DNA from: a virus
Taxonomy: Duplodnaviria; Caudoviricetes
Virus record (IMG/VR): IMGVR_UViG_3300029286_001711
Reading direction: 5' to 3' (one strand)
Length of the DNA stretch: 64,000 nucleotides
Position numbers and translations under genes: made by a program. Positions 47,836-58,041 of this stretch are shown here, piece after piece. How positions within the stretch are numbered: position 1 is the stretch's first letter; each line of letters opens with the position of its first letter. The notes beneath the pieces were generated by a model. It was given only the letters and a program-made list of their open reading frames with translations. It ran no database searches and was not told where the DNA came from.

Positions 47836-48690
47836 TTAAAATGGCATTTCATCATCTTCAGCCTCTTCTGATTCAGAAGAAGTTTCAGGTGCTTTATACG
47901 TTGCTGGTTTAGCGGCACTTGTAGTACCACTTTGTTTAGACACTTCTTCACCCTTAGCAACAAACTTCTTCAAGTTCTTATCCCAAACTGGAGATTCTCC
48001 GTTTGCAATAATTTCAAGATACTCAGCTGGGGACGCTTTGTAGATGCCTTTCCAAGTGGTAGCATCTTTCATCCAAGCCGTAGCTTTAGCTTTGTCATTA
48101 GTTAACATTGATGGATCTTCCACCATAATAGAGTTAACTTTGGTGTTGTTTTTATCACCTCTTCCTAACATAAGGACAAGGTCACGACCTTCTCTCGGGT
48201 CTGATAAATCACCTTTCTTAGTGAACAATGGAATCATTTTATCTAACTCCCCTTCACCTTTGTAATTGTTACGGAAACGCCAGATTTTGATACCATCATC
48301 TTCTTTCGAACGGTCAATTACACGAGCTAAATAAAATTTAGCCGCTTTGTAAGTCTTGGCAATTTTCTTGTCTTCCTCACTACCTGTAGCCTCTAAGGCT
48401 TTTCTTACTTCACACATTGGGCAGGTCTCACTGTCATTGTGTTCTTTACAATAAAGTTTTCTCCATTGTCCATTAACTTGCATAACATGGAAATAGCCTT
48501 CTTCAAAAGGTGAACCACCTTTTTCTTTAGCAGGCATAAGACGAATAGTGGCTTCACCATTCTTTTCTCCATCTTCTAATCTTGGGTTAAAGTACTTTGA
48601 GAAATCTTTCTCTTCGAAGGTCTTTCCACCTCCAGAAGTGTTCTTGTTTTTTTCATACTGCGACATAATCGCTCCTAAAACATCACTCAT
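47836..48690 (-). CDS. Single-stranded DNA-binding protein (T4 gp32-like)
   Basis: IRLMPA...PF...H...C...CPMCE (Zn), YLARVIDR, DP.EGRDL, acidic tail EAEDDEMPF. Confidence 0.8.
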   Translation of the reverse strand: MSDVLGAIMSQYEKNKNTSGGGKTFEEKDFSKYFNPRLEDGEKNGEATIRLMPAKEKGGSPFEEGYFHVMQVNGQWRKLYCKEHNDSETCPMCEVRKALEATGSEEDKKIAKTYKAAKFYLARVIDRSKEDDGIKIWRFRNNYKGEGELDKMIPLFTKKGDLSDPREGRDLVLMLGRGDKNNTKVNSIMVEDPSMLTNDKAKATAWMKDATTWKGIYKASPAEYLEIIANGESPVWDKNLKKFVAKGEEVSKQSGTTSAAKPATYKAPETSSESEEAEDDEMPF

Positions 48691-48762
48691 TTTTCTTTTT
48701 TTTTAAATTGTTTAACAATAATACTTGGTTTAAGAATAGGTACTAATTGTTTAATTGTAAAC

Positions 48763-48791
48763 AAAAAAAGAGGCAATTGCCTCTTTTTTTT
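48763..48791. terminator. Bidirectional intrinsic terminator
   Basis: Perfect palindrome A7-GAGGC-AATT-GCCTC-T7/8. Confidence 0.85.
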
Positions 48792-48808
48792 ATATCTTTG
48801 CGAAATTT

Positions 48809-49636
48809 TTATATTCTTTTTTTCTTCGATTTTGATTCAGGAACAAAAGATTTTTGAATATCTGTTTGATTCCAATTCTTTGTATCTTCAGGTGTTATCT
48901 TCCAAACATTAACTTGTCCATCTGGACTTTGTGCGTCAGGTTGAGAACCGTCAGTGATTTCATAATTATCTTTTAATTTTTCGTCATTCCAATAATCGGT
49001 TAACTTAACATTAAAGGGGTAACTATCTAAAGAACGTAATTCCAATTTTTCTTTTGGTTTTTGTGCTTGTAAATCTTTCTTAATTGAGGTTACTTCATTT
49101 CCTATTGTATTAATAGCTCCAAGTGATTTTTCTAACTCTTGAAATTTACTCATTAAATCTTTAATCATACTAGTACCTTCTTCAGCTGCAGATACAGCTT
49201 TCTCAGCGTAGTCTTTAGCGTCATCAGCTCTTTTTACTATATCAGTAACATCAATTTCCTCAACATCACCATCTGTTTCAATATCGTCAGCCGCACTAAA
49301 TTCGTCAGCTGTACCAAATTCGTCAGTATCTTCTTCACCTGTATCACCCTCAGCGTCACCACCAAAATCAAAGTCGGCGTTATCACCACCTTCTTCACCG
49401 GCTGTGTCACCTTTATCCCCTTCGCCACCAAAATCAAAATCTGGATTTTCTTTGTCTTCAGTGTCATCAGCATAATCCGTATATCCTGAATCAAGATATG
49501 GTTTATGGTTTCTTTCAGTTAAAGATAACTTGCCTTTTTCAACATCATAACCAAGAAGTTCTCTATATCTTTTTAGAGATTCTTGTAGTTCTTGAGGTAT
49601 TTCGTTTTTTTCCATATTATCTTTGTGTATATTCAC
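48809..49636 (-). CDS. Hypothetical protein with acidic low-complexity region
   Basis: 275 aa; D/E/G-rich tract with two DFDFGG, followed by a coiled coil. Confidence 0.75.
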   Translation of the reverse strand: MNIHKDNMEKNEIPQELQESLKRYRELLGYDVEKGKLSLTERNHKPYLDSGYTDYADDTEDKENPDFDFGGEGDKGDTAGEEGGDNADFDFGGDAEGDTGEEDTDEFGTADEFSAADDIETDGDVEEIDVTDIVKRADDAKDYAEKAVSAAEEGTSMIKDLMSKFQELEKSLGAINTIGNEVTSIKKDLQAQKPKEKLELRSLDSYPFNVKLTDYWNDEKLKDNYEITDGSQPDAQSPDGQVNVWKITPEDTKNWNQTDIQKSFVPESKSKKKRI

Positions 49637-49814
49637 TTAAAAGTTGTCTACCATCATTAGTGATGATTTTCTTATTTTCTCTTTTAACAATTTCTTCGGG
49701 ATTGTTGATTAAACATTCCTCACTATTACAGTTAGGATCCGTTCCTTTTAAGAAGGAATCAAGTTTAGCCTTAATATTCTTTTCGGCTTTTTCTTTATTT
49801 GTATCTCTAATCAT
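49617..49814 (-). CDS. Hypothetical protein
   Basis: 65 aa; preceded by GATATTTATA at 49828-49837. Confidence 0.65.
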   Translation of the reverse strand: MIRDTNKEKAEKNIKAKLDSFLKGTDPNCNSEECLINNPEEIVKRENKKIITNDGRQLLSEYTQR

Positions 49815-49835
49815 GATTGCTTTTTCTTATAAATA

Positions 49836-50243
49836 TCAAGATTCAGATAAAAACACTCGTTCGATTGTGTTTATTTCAAGAACGTCACCTTTTAACAAGA
49901 TTATCTTATTATCAAACTTAGCCCAATCTATTTGATACTCTTTATGGTTAACATTACCCGCTAAACCACTTTCTTCCTCAATTAATTTATTCAAAGCATT
50001 AATTGTGAATATTGTATTACCCTTCTTATGTATTTGGATTGTTTTAGGCAGTTCTCTTCTAATGTCAATTTTTCTATCCGTATCGACACGAATTTTATAG
50101 GTCAATATAAAGTTACCTTCTCCTGTTTTAAAGAAGAAAACATAGTTATGTTTAATCCCGAATTTCTTTTTGATTCTTTCTAAGAACTCCTGTAATTTGT
50201 CTTCATTAACAAATGAGGCTAGAAGTAGTGTTTTTTGTTGCAT
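49836..50243 (-). CDS. Hypothetical protein
   Basis: 135 aa ORF. Confidence 0.7.
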   Translation of the reverse strand: MQQKTLLLASFVNEDKLQEFLERIKKKFGIKHNYVFFFKTGEGNFILTYKIRVDTDRKIDIRRELPKTIQIHKKGNTIFTINALNKLIEEESGLAGNVNHKEYQIDWAKFDNKIILLKGDVLEINTIERVFLSES

Positions 50244-50835
50244 CCTTAAACATCAGAAATGGTAAATATTTTATGTTTAAGTACTTAAGTTCGTTTTTGA
50301 AATTCTTCTCCTCTTCCTTCTCGAATAACATCAAATCTTCTCGCAATCTACTCAGTACTTTTTCCCTATCAAAACCTATAAAATCTAACTGTTCTAGGTC
50401 GATAGAAAAAAGACTAAAGTTGTGATAAACATATACAACTCTGTCCGAATATAAATATGCAAATCCACCCACAAGGCTTTTTAATTTTTCGATAAGTTCT
50501 TCTGTTGAATTTATTTTGAAGATGATTGGGTCGATATTAATGAACTTAATTCCCTTTATGTAATCATCGTAAGATCTTTTAATAAATTTTTTTAAATCCT
50601 CCTCAAAGACACCTCTTTTTTCTGTTGTCGCAAACGTCCAATAAAGATTATTGGTTATCTTCTTTTTAAGAATTGAGGCTTTATCAAAGTTTGTTTTAGC
50701 TAAACCCCAACCAAGAATTAGGGTTGGTAAATCGTTGTTGTCAGCTTTTAAATACTCTTCCATAGTCAATATGTTAAAATTACTGGGTATGTTAGTAATA
50801 CCCTCATTTGTCACAATATTTCCCACTATAATCAT
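50206..50835 (-). CDS. Hypothetical protein
   Basis: 209 aa ORF. Confidence 0.7.
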   Translation of the reverse strand: MIIVGNIVTNEGITNIPSNFNILTMEEYLKADNNDLPTLILGWGLAKTNFDKASILKKKITNNLYWTFATTEKRGVFEEDLKKFIKRSYDDYIKGIKFINIDPIIFKINSTEELIEKLKSLVGGFAYLYSDRVVYVYHNFSLFSIDLEQLDFIGFDREKVLSRLREDLMLFEKEEEKNFKNELKYLNIKYLPFLMFKDATKNTTSSLIC

Positions 50836-50864
50836 TGCCAGTCTCGATTTATTTGTTATCTTCG
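50835..50864 (+). promoter_or_regulatory. Bacteroidota-type promoter (one mismatch)
   Basis: TTG(50835)-N19-TATCTTCG(50857-50864) upstream of the plus-strand gene at 50880. Confidence 0.5.
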
Positions 50865-50879
50865 TATTAAATATACGAA

Positions 50880-51341
50880 ATGGAAACCAAAAAAGAAATA
50901 CACCAACTAACCGATAAAACCCTTTTAACTTTTATTTTAGCTGGTAACGCCACTTTTACTGTTACTAATGAATCAACTGGTAATCGTTTTACCTATCGTA
51001 TTCGTAAAGCTGGTTATGGTACTGCCACGTTTAAAGATACCGATGTTTTCTATGTTTCGGTTCTTACAGGTTCTGATAACACCTCTTCTTATCAATACTT
51101 AGGTACCTTCTTTAGTGGTACTAGTAAAACTTATGTTCATTCTACTAAAAGTAAAATTGGTATTTCTGCCGATAGTAATAAAGTTCTTACTTGGTTCTTT
51201 AATTATTTCGTTAAGAATACAGCCAAATACCCAACCGTTAGAGTTTATCACGCTGGTAAATGTGGTAAGTGCGGTAGAAAATTAACTACACCAGAATCAG
51301 TTGAGACTGGTTTAGGTCCTCACTGTGGTAACCGTAATTAA
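50880..51341 (+). CDS. DUF6011-like zinc-ribbon protein
   Basis: HAGKCGKCGRKLTTPESVETGLGPHCG C-terminal motif. Confidence 0.7.
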   Translation: METKKEIHQLTDKTLLTFILAGNATFTVTNESTGNRFTYRIRKAGYGTATFKDTDVFYVSVLTGSDNTSSYQYLGTFFSGTSKTYVHSTKSKIGISADSNKVLTWFFNYFVKNTAKYPTVRVYHAGKCGKCGRKLTTPESVETGLGPHCGNRN

Positions 51342-54300
51342 CCCCAATAAAGTGGGTCATTTGAATCTTTAAATCTTTTAATAAAATCTAAAGCAAACTT
51401 ACTTCTTTCATATGGATAGTTCATCTTATAGATTTCATAACCCTTATTGCATTTATCACAAACCTCAACGTGATTAGCAAAATTCCAAGCTGATATGTCA
51501 GCGTCTTTAGCCACACTACTATCTTTTAGAAAACGATTCCATAATGTCTTACCATAGGGGGTTTTTGGGTTGACTAAATATTCTAACTGACTTTCTACCG
51601 TATTTCCAACGTCTTCTACTTTAACATATTGTTGGTTCCATTGTATTAAACCATATGAAGAATATCCATTTAAATCTTTAGCGTTCACAGCCCCAGGGTT
51701 AAATAAACTCTCTTTTTGTATATTACCCATAATACCAGCCACTTGTATTTCAGTTAAACCTTTGGACTTAAGGAAGTTTTTTACTTTAACTTGATTTGTG
51801 GTCTTCTCAGTGTCAGATATTTTTGTGGATTGTGGTACATTTGAACCGTACCCCACATCAAAAGATGGTATAGCTGAATTTACATTACCAATACAATTTT
51901 CTTTCTTATTTAAAAATCTTGATCCGTCTATTTTTCCATCCCTAGACCAGTTTTTAGTGGTAAGCCTATGTACTTGTAGGTGTAAATGTAAACCAGTATT
52001 ACGAACATTAGTACCATTAGATGTTTTATTTGGCCATACCGATTTACCTAATTCTTGTCCTGTTGTCACCTTACTGTTAAGTGTTATATTACTATTTGCA
52101 ACAGAGTGTCCATAGACATAAAAATAATAAAAGCCATCACTAAAAGGATCTTCACCACCGTTCTCACCGTATCTTACAATAATCCAACCGCCATTTGGTG
52201 GGGAGCCGAAACCTTCTGCTTGACCGATATTTGTAACAACACCATTATATGCTGATTTAATTTTTGCACTCTTACCGTTACTTTTACTACGATTAAACTC
52301 TTCTGTACCTGCCACCCAAGATTCATCTGGACTACTAAATCCAATGTCTAATCCAGAATGTAGTTCACCACTGCTTCGATAAACCTGACTAGTGACTACT
52401 GGTTTATTAACACAATATACAGGGTTATCAAATAATTTTAAAATATCCTCACTTATATCAGGATAGAGATTTGGATCTACTCTTCCACCTCTAGCGTTGG
52501 TAACAATTTGACCTAACTTAGAACCTTTTTTAGCTTCCACATTTTTTAATGATAGATTCATAGCAACCGCCGCGTCAGTAACTAACGGTATGGTTGTTCT
52601 AGGTTGTCTAACACCTTTAAAGGTTGTTGTTGCGTGATTAGGTTTAATATTGTGTGATACTTTAGTTATTAGATAGGCCCCGTTAAACATTGGTACACCT
52701 AATAAGTCAAAATATGTCATTGGTTGAATCATCATATTACCTAACGACTCTATTTGACAGGTATATGAACGTGTTAAATATACACTATTTAAATTCTGAC
52801 CCTTTGTTGATTGGTCTGTTCCACCTTGTTGTGATAATTTATCGATAACTAATAATGATTCAGCTGTTTCACTAAATTCAGATTGATCTAATTGTATATT
52901 TTTAAAGTGATTCTGAGTGTCTAAACCATAAACAACCTTAAAAGCCACAAAACCAACATCATCATTACCATTTTCATTCGCTAAAACAGTTCCATCGAAT
53001 TCTGAAGGTCTACCACCACCAGTTGTTAAACTAAAGCCATCGTCCTCAAAATTAACTTTTATGTGGTCAGCCTCACATTTAGTGTCCATTGCATAATTGA
53101 GCTGTCTTGAATTCCCACCAACGTACATTGACAAAAATAGGGGTCCACAACTAATGCTTTCCATATCCATTACTGGTCTAAACATATCCTCTAAATCAGT
53201 CGCATTAAGTCCTTTAGCTGAAAAATTAACATAGGCTGGTAACGGAAAGAACATGTACTCATTATCTGTTAGTACATCTGCAATATATTGGTATAAAGAA
53301 ATTTTCTTATTGGTTTTTAACTCATTTAATTTGGTTGCATCAATTACAACTTCATTTCCAATGTCACCCATTGTTCTATTAACATATTGAAAGTGTGATG
53401 CCAATGTAGGTTTATCGTTTTTATTAATACCTCTACATTTACTATTATCACCCAACCCATCTTCTAGTATATTAAAAAATAATTTTCCAGATGAAGAAGA
53501 TGAAATCCACTTATCTGTTAAAGATTTAAATGACCTATAAAGTGATAACTTCACATCTGTGTCATCTAATGATGTGTCATTCAATGGGCTTTCAGCATCT
53601 GAAGTTGTTTTTTCCAGTTCGGATACCCTTTTATCGTTATCTGGTCCTGTTATTACTTTATGATATTCATCTAAATACTTGTTGTATGATTCTGTGTTGG
53701 CCTGAAATGAATCACCAAATGGGTTGTTACCAACCAATGGCCCTGATTGAATACCGTACCAAATTTTAGGTGTTGAGTTAACAATTGTCCACTCAGCGAA
53801 CATTTTATCTACAACACTTTGATTGTTTTCCCTAAGTAAAAAAGCCGCACTTGCAAATTCATCGAGAAACTTTTTGTCCTTATCATCAACCCTAGTATAT
53901 AATTTATACGTATTCTCCATTTTTGACTTACCAAAATGTATTGGATCTATAGTAGGTAAAATGTCGGTTTTCCATTCCGCATCACACCAATCAGTAAATG
54001 TTTTAACAAATAAATCTTTTACCTCATCTGGTATATTTTCCATAACTAAACCCAAACCACCGTCGAAACTATTACTTCTTCTAATCCTCTTTTTTTCAAA
54101 ATCTTCGAAATATTCTGTAATAGTTTTTGAACCATCATTAGAAGCCGTCCACATAGATTGATAATCGGTTGTACCGATGGAGTTTTTAAATAACTGTATG
54201 TACGTTTCAGGTGCATCGACAATGGTATTATTAGAGTCAAAAACTACTGGATGTGTGTATGGTATGTGATGTGGTGATATCCATAACGATGGCCAACTAT

Positions 54301-57300
54301 AATTTAATGTTGCTGATGCGGCTCTTACATTTTGAATCAGGTTGTTTACTGGGACATTACCGTTCCAGGTACCATAATTAGTTTTATCATTATTAGCGAT
54401 ATCATCTTTATAGACACCATAATAATCAAAAGAAATTTTGATATCGTCATTGATATCCATACCGAAATTTTCGTTACTAGTACTAATTGAGTTCTCGTAG
54501 TTATTACCAAAAGCACTAGTTTGTATTTTACTGGCCCAACCACCAGTTGTGTTACCATATATACGAGTTAGATATACATTAAAATCGTTTCTTTTACTGT
54601 CTACTACTTTTTCACCGTCATTTCTAACACTCTTGGTTGGGTTATAACAGTTAAATCCAGGTTGTGCTAAAGGATCAAAACCCGTTGGTAGTTGAGTCGG
54701 TAAAAAAGGTCTTCTCCAAACTGTACTTCCGTTAATTACTGTTGTTCCTACAAACTCTTTCCATCTCCATAATTCTGATCCAAAAGCTAATACCCAGGCT
54801 TTTGGTACTTTAATTACACCCCCAGTTATATTGAAATTTTTAATAGTCCAAAACTCTGTACTATCTTTTAGATCATAGGCCCCTACACCCGTATTTGATA
54901 ACCCTCTAATTATCAATGGTGATGGCTTTAATAAATGTAAAAATAAGTAGGCTAGATTTCTATTTTGTGTTGTTTCCTCATTACCACTAGAATCTAATTT
55001 TAATGGTAGTGCACCAGCTAATTGTCTAAACGAATTAATGTTATCGTTCCAAATTGGTGTTGTCACAAAGGAGTCTATAATGCCACCTCTTTCCTCAACC
55101 TCAGAAGCGTCTGAGGTTGAACCAAATATACTACCTCTAAAATATATGTTTGTTCCACCAGTAACGTTTTTAAATTCAATAGTATCCTCTTGTTTAATTT
55201 CTGTCCCCCAAATAGTTGTTTGATTTGATGAAAAATTATAATCCGATTGAGCTTTTAAACTCACGGGGTAGGCCTCATTTACACGGGTAGTGTCTATCGC
55301 GGTAAAATATGTTAACCAGTATGGTTTAATTGCGTTTAAATTTCCCGTATCCCACCAGTCACCTTTTTGGTTGGCGTCCTGACAAGCTAAATTTATAAAA
55401 ATATTTTTAGTTTTAAACTCTAATATTTGTTGTGTCTCATCTAACACAAGGTTGTTTTCTATTTTAAAATCACTATCCGAAAAGTTAACGATGGTAGGGA
55501 AATATGTCGTTAATTTCGATTTATAATCTTCTAATACCGTTTTAAAATCTGTATTTGTTATTTCTATTTTATTAAATGTAGCACCATCGGTTATTATTTT
55601 CATTAAATTATCTACACCACCATCTTCTATCATTAAAAAAGGATCAGGATAGATGTGAACTGTGGTATCAACATCGGGCGCTGTTAATGTTATAAATGCG
55701 TCATTTGGGGTATATTTAATAATTGAGTTTGCCTCTGTAAGAGTCCCAGATTTACCTAATTCATTCTTAATAGAGGTTTTAAAATTTTCTAAGTCTTTAA
55801 AACTATCTTTTAATACTTGTAAAAATAGTTTACCAGCAGACCCATCTTTAGAATTTAATAAATTCCAACCATCTATTTTACCTAGAATAGTTGGTAAATC
55901 TGTTTTTGAATCTACAAATGGGTTCCATTTTCCTTTAGATTCTTGTGTTGGTAAAACAGTTCCTGTATATCTTTGTGGTTGAAAATTGGTGTGATCTAAT
56001 GAAATAAACAATCTCTCACCTATCGTCTTACTTATCCCCTCTAAAGATGTATCGGTCAAATCAGCATAAATCATTTTATTTTCATGTGAAATGGGTGCCT
56101 CTAATGTTGTAATTGGAGCGTAATTATCATATCCCACCTTACCTTCAGTATTGTTGTTAAGAATTTCTATTTCTTTTTCAAATTTTAAAAAAGCATCAAT
56201 AAAGTCTTCTACAAATCTAACTTCAACCCAGTTTTTAATAACAGATTTTGAACTCACACCTGGGTAGACTTCTTTTGTACCTTGGTCTTTACCAACCCCT
56301 TTTGAGGGGTAGTGGTTTGTTTCGTAATATGTAGGCCAAGCATAAACAGCTCCATCATTAGAAGTTATTTTTTCTCCAGGTCCTTGTTTATTGATTTCTT
56401 GTTTATAAGAATCTTTGTTATCTTTATGATAACGTTCTGCTTTTGTCGCTACCTCTAATAATGTACTTATGAAAGCTTCAGTATTGCATAATAAAACGGT
56501 GAATATGTTTCTAATTGTTGGTTTAAAACCAAACTGGGATTCGATAATAGTGTTGATTCCATCAACCGCTGTTTCTCTTTTGTTTTTAATAATACCCTTT
56601 ATTGTCTCCTCATCACCGTTAATCTTACTAAGTATGTATCCAAAATCTATGTAAAAAATTTCATTTCCAGTACTTGGATCTGTTTGTACTTCAGTAGATT
56701 CTTTATAACCGAGTAGTACCCCACGTTGCCAAGCTGTACTATCTAAGTCACTATAAACACGGTTAATATTCGTTTCTACATCAAAATCAGTCTTAGTTAA
56801 GGATGTTTGAACATTAATCCCCTCTAACCCATAATTTCCAGGTGTTATTTCTTGGGTTTTTATTCCCTTAATTAACCCAATTAAAGATCCAATATCCTTT
56901 CCAGATTTATTAAAATACTTCCCTAGAACCACATTGGCTGCATCAACTTCGGCTCTAGTTTTAAATTCAAATCTTACTCTTGGTTGTCCTGTTTGTGTTG
57001 ACCCCTTTGGGGTTAAACCGAGCTTTGTAATTAATTCATCTTTAATTAATTTATCTATCGATTCCTTATAATTTTCATATTTACTCTGAAATGATAAGAT
57101 ATTGGATAGTTCTAAAAACTCATCACTACCTTTAACTTCTGGTAATGAGGTTTCATTTAACCTATCTAATGCCTTTAAAATGTCTAATATGTTAACACAT
57201 CTATTTGGGGATACTGCAGGATTATCACAAAAAGGGTTTCCTCCTGTTACTAATTTATTATCTGTATAAAATTTCCAAGTATTTTCATATGCATTCCTCA

Positions 57301-58039
57301 AAGATTGTTTTGTTCCGTATGTACCTTCTGGAAGTAGTTGTGATGCACCAATATAACCAACAATCATATCGGATAAGAAGGCAAATGACCAACCAATAAA
57401 TTCTGCCTTACATTCCATATTACCTGTGTCTGAATTAAATCTCGCATTGAATTTAACTAAGTTTAAATAATATTTAACTGGTTTACCGTAATACCCCTTT
57501 ACTGTTAATTCAAATATTGGGTATGGTAGGTTGAAAAATAATCCGTATGGTGAACAAGAACCTTGTTCAAAGAGTGTAGCACCACGGACATCAACAAAAT
57601 CAATACTAACTTTAGGTGTTGTGACACTTTCAATATTAATATCAATGTTTGTTATACCAAAAGATTCGTAATCTTTCCCTAAACTTCCAGATTTGAATCC
57701 ACCTATTTCAGTCCAGTCTGTTGTTAAATTAGGTTTGGACCTAAATAGTTTTGTTCCGTCAACACTTTCTTGTGGGGAGGCTAAATTTATGGTATTTTTA
57801 ACATCGTTAGTAACCTTAATTTCATTATTTTCTTCAGTGATTACACTTTTACTTCTTTGTTTCGCAACCAAACTAACAAAGATATTTAAATCTTCATGTG
57901 GTACTATTTCTCCGATTGGGTTGGGATCTATTATTCTAATATTAGCACCAATGCCTACACCCGTATTTGATATTATTTGTGGGTTAAAACTACTTTTTGA
58001 GATAAAATTTAATCCACCAGTACCTTTATTATCTGCCAT
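51338..58039 (-). CDS. 2233 aa baseplate hub / tail-associated lysin with M23 peptidase and phage tail lysozyme domains
   Basis: N-terminal hub-like FGITNIDI...IDFVDVRG...FELTVKGYYG and LGNMMIQP..YF...NGAYLI..VSH; M23 HSGLDIG, YGH, HLHLQ; lysozyme-like VAGIMGNIQKES..NP...GLIQW...QLEY. Confidence 0.8.
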   Translation of the reverse strand: MADNKGTGGLNFISKSSFNPQIISNTGVGIGANIRIIDPNPIGEIVPHEDLNIFVSLVAKQRSKSVITEENNEIKVTNDVKNTINLASPQESVDGTKLFRSKPNLTTDWTEIGGFKSGSLGKDYESFGITNIDINIESVTTPKVSIDFVDVRGATLFEQGSCSPYGLFFNLPYPIFELTVKGYYGKPVKYYLNLVKFNARFNSDTGNMECKAEFIGWSFAFLSDMIVGYIGASQLLPEGTYGTKQSLRNAYENTWKFYTDNKLVTGGNPFCDNPAVSPNRCVNILDILKALDRLNETSLPEVKGSDEFLELSNILSFQSKYENYKESIDKLIKDELITKLGLTPKGSTQTGQPRVRFEFKTRAEVDAANVVLGKYFNKSGKDIGSLIGLIKGIKTQEITPGNYGLEGINVQTSLTKTDFDVETNINRVYSDLDSTAWQRGVLLGYKESTEVQTDPSTGNEIFYIDFGYILSKINGDEETIKGIIKNKRETAVDGINTIIESQFGFKPTIRNIFTVLLCNTEAFISTLLEVATKAERYHKDNKDSYKQEINKQGPGEKITSNDGAVYAWPTYYETNHYPSKGVGKDQGTKEVYPGVSSKSVIKNWVEVRFVEDFIDAFLKFEKEIEILNNNTEGKVGYDNYAPITTLEAPISHENKMIYADLTDTSLEGISKTIGERLFISLDHTNFQPQRYTGTVLPTQESKGKWNPFVDSKTDLPTILGKIDGWNLLNSKDGSAGKLFLQVLKDSFKDLENFKTSIKNELGKSGTLTEANSIIKYTPNDAFITLTAPDVDTTVHIYPDPFLMIEDGGVDNLMKIITDGATFNKIEITNTDFKTVLEDYKSKLTTYFPTIVNFSDSDFKIENNLVLDETQQILEFKTKNIFINLACQDANQKGDWWDTGNLNAIKPYWLTYFTAIDTTRVNEAYPVSLKAQSDYNFSSNQTTIWGTEIKQEDTIEFKNVTGGTNIYFRGSIFGSTSDASEVEERGGIIDSFVTTPIWNDNINSFRQLAGALPLKLDSSGNEETTQNRNLAYLFLHLLKPSPLIIRGLSNTGVGAYDLKDSTEFWTIKNFNITGGVIKVPKAWVLAFGSELWRWKEFVGTTVINGSTVWRRPFLPTQLPTGFDPLAQPGFNCYNPTKSVRNDGEKVVDSKRNDFNVYLTRIYGNTTGGWASKIQTSAFGNNYENSISTSNENFGMDINDDIKISFDYYGVYKDDIANNDKTNYGTWNGNVPVNNLIQNVRAASATLNYSWPSLWISPHHIPYTHPVVFDSNNTIVDAPETYIQLFKNSIGTTDYQSMWTASNDGSKTITEYFEDFEKKRIRRSNSFDGGLGLVMENIPDEVKDLFVKTFTDWCDAEWKTDILPTIDPIHFGKSKMENTYKLYTRVDDKDKKFLDEFASAAFLLRENNQSVVDKMFAEWTIVNSTPKIWYGIQSGPLVGNNPFGDSFQANTESYNKYLDEYHKVITGPDNDKRVSELEKTTSDAESPLNDTSLDDTDVKLSLYRSFKSLTDKWISSSSSGKLFFNILEDGLGDNSKCRGINKNDKPTLASHFQYVNRTMGDIGNEVVIDATKLNELKTNKKISLYQYIADVLTDNEYMFFPLPAYVNFSAKGLNATDLEDMFRPVMDMESISCGPLFLSMYVGGNSRQLNYAMDTKCEADHIKVNFEDDGFSLTTGGGRPSEFDGTVLANENGNDDVGFVAFKVVYGLDTQNHFKNIQLDQSEFSETAESLLVIDKLSQQGGTDQSTKGQNLNSVYLTRSYTCQIESLGNMMIQPMTYFDLLGVPMFNGAYLITKVSHNIKPNHATTTFKGVRQPRTTIPLVTDAAVAMNLSLKNVEAKKGSKLGQIVTNARGGRVDPNLYPDISEDILKLFDNPVYCVNKPVVTSQVYRSSGELHSGLDIGFSSPDESWVAGTEEFNRSKSNGKSAKIKSAYNGVVTNIGQAEGFGSPPNGGWIIVRYGENGGEDPFSDGFYYFYVYGHSVANSNITLNSKVTTGQELGKSVWPNKTSNGTNVRNTGLHLHLQVHRLTTKNWSRDGKIDGSRFLNKKENCIGNVNSAIPSFDVGYGSNVPQSTKISDTEKTTNQVKVKNFLKSKGLTEIQVAGIMGNIQKESLFNPGAVNAKDLNGYSSYGLIQWNQQYVKVEDVGNTVESQLEYLVNPKTPYGKTLWNRFLKDSSVAKDADISAWNFANHVEVCDKCNKGYEIYKMNYPYERSKFALDFIKRFKDSNDPLYWG

Positions 58040-58041
58040 AC

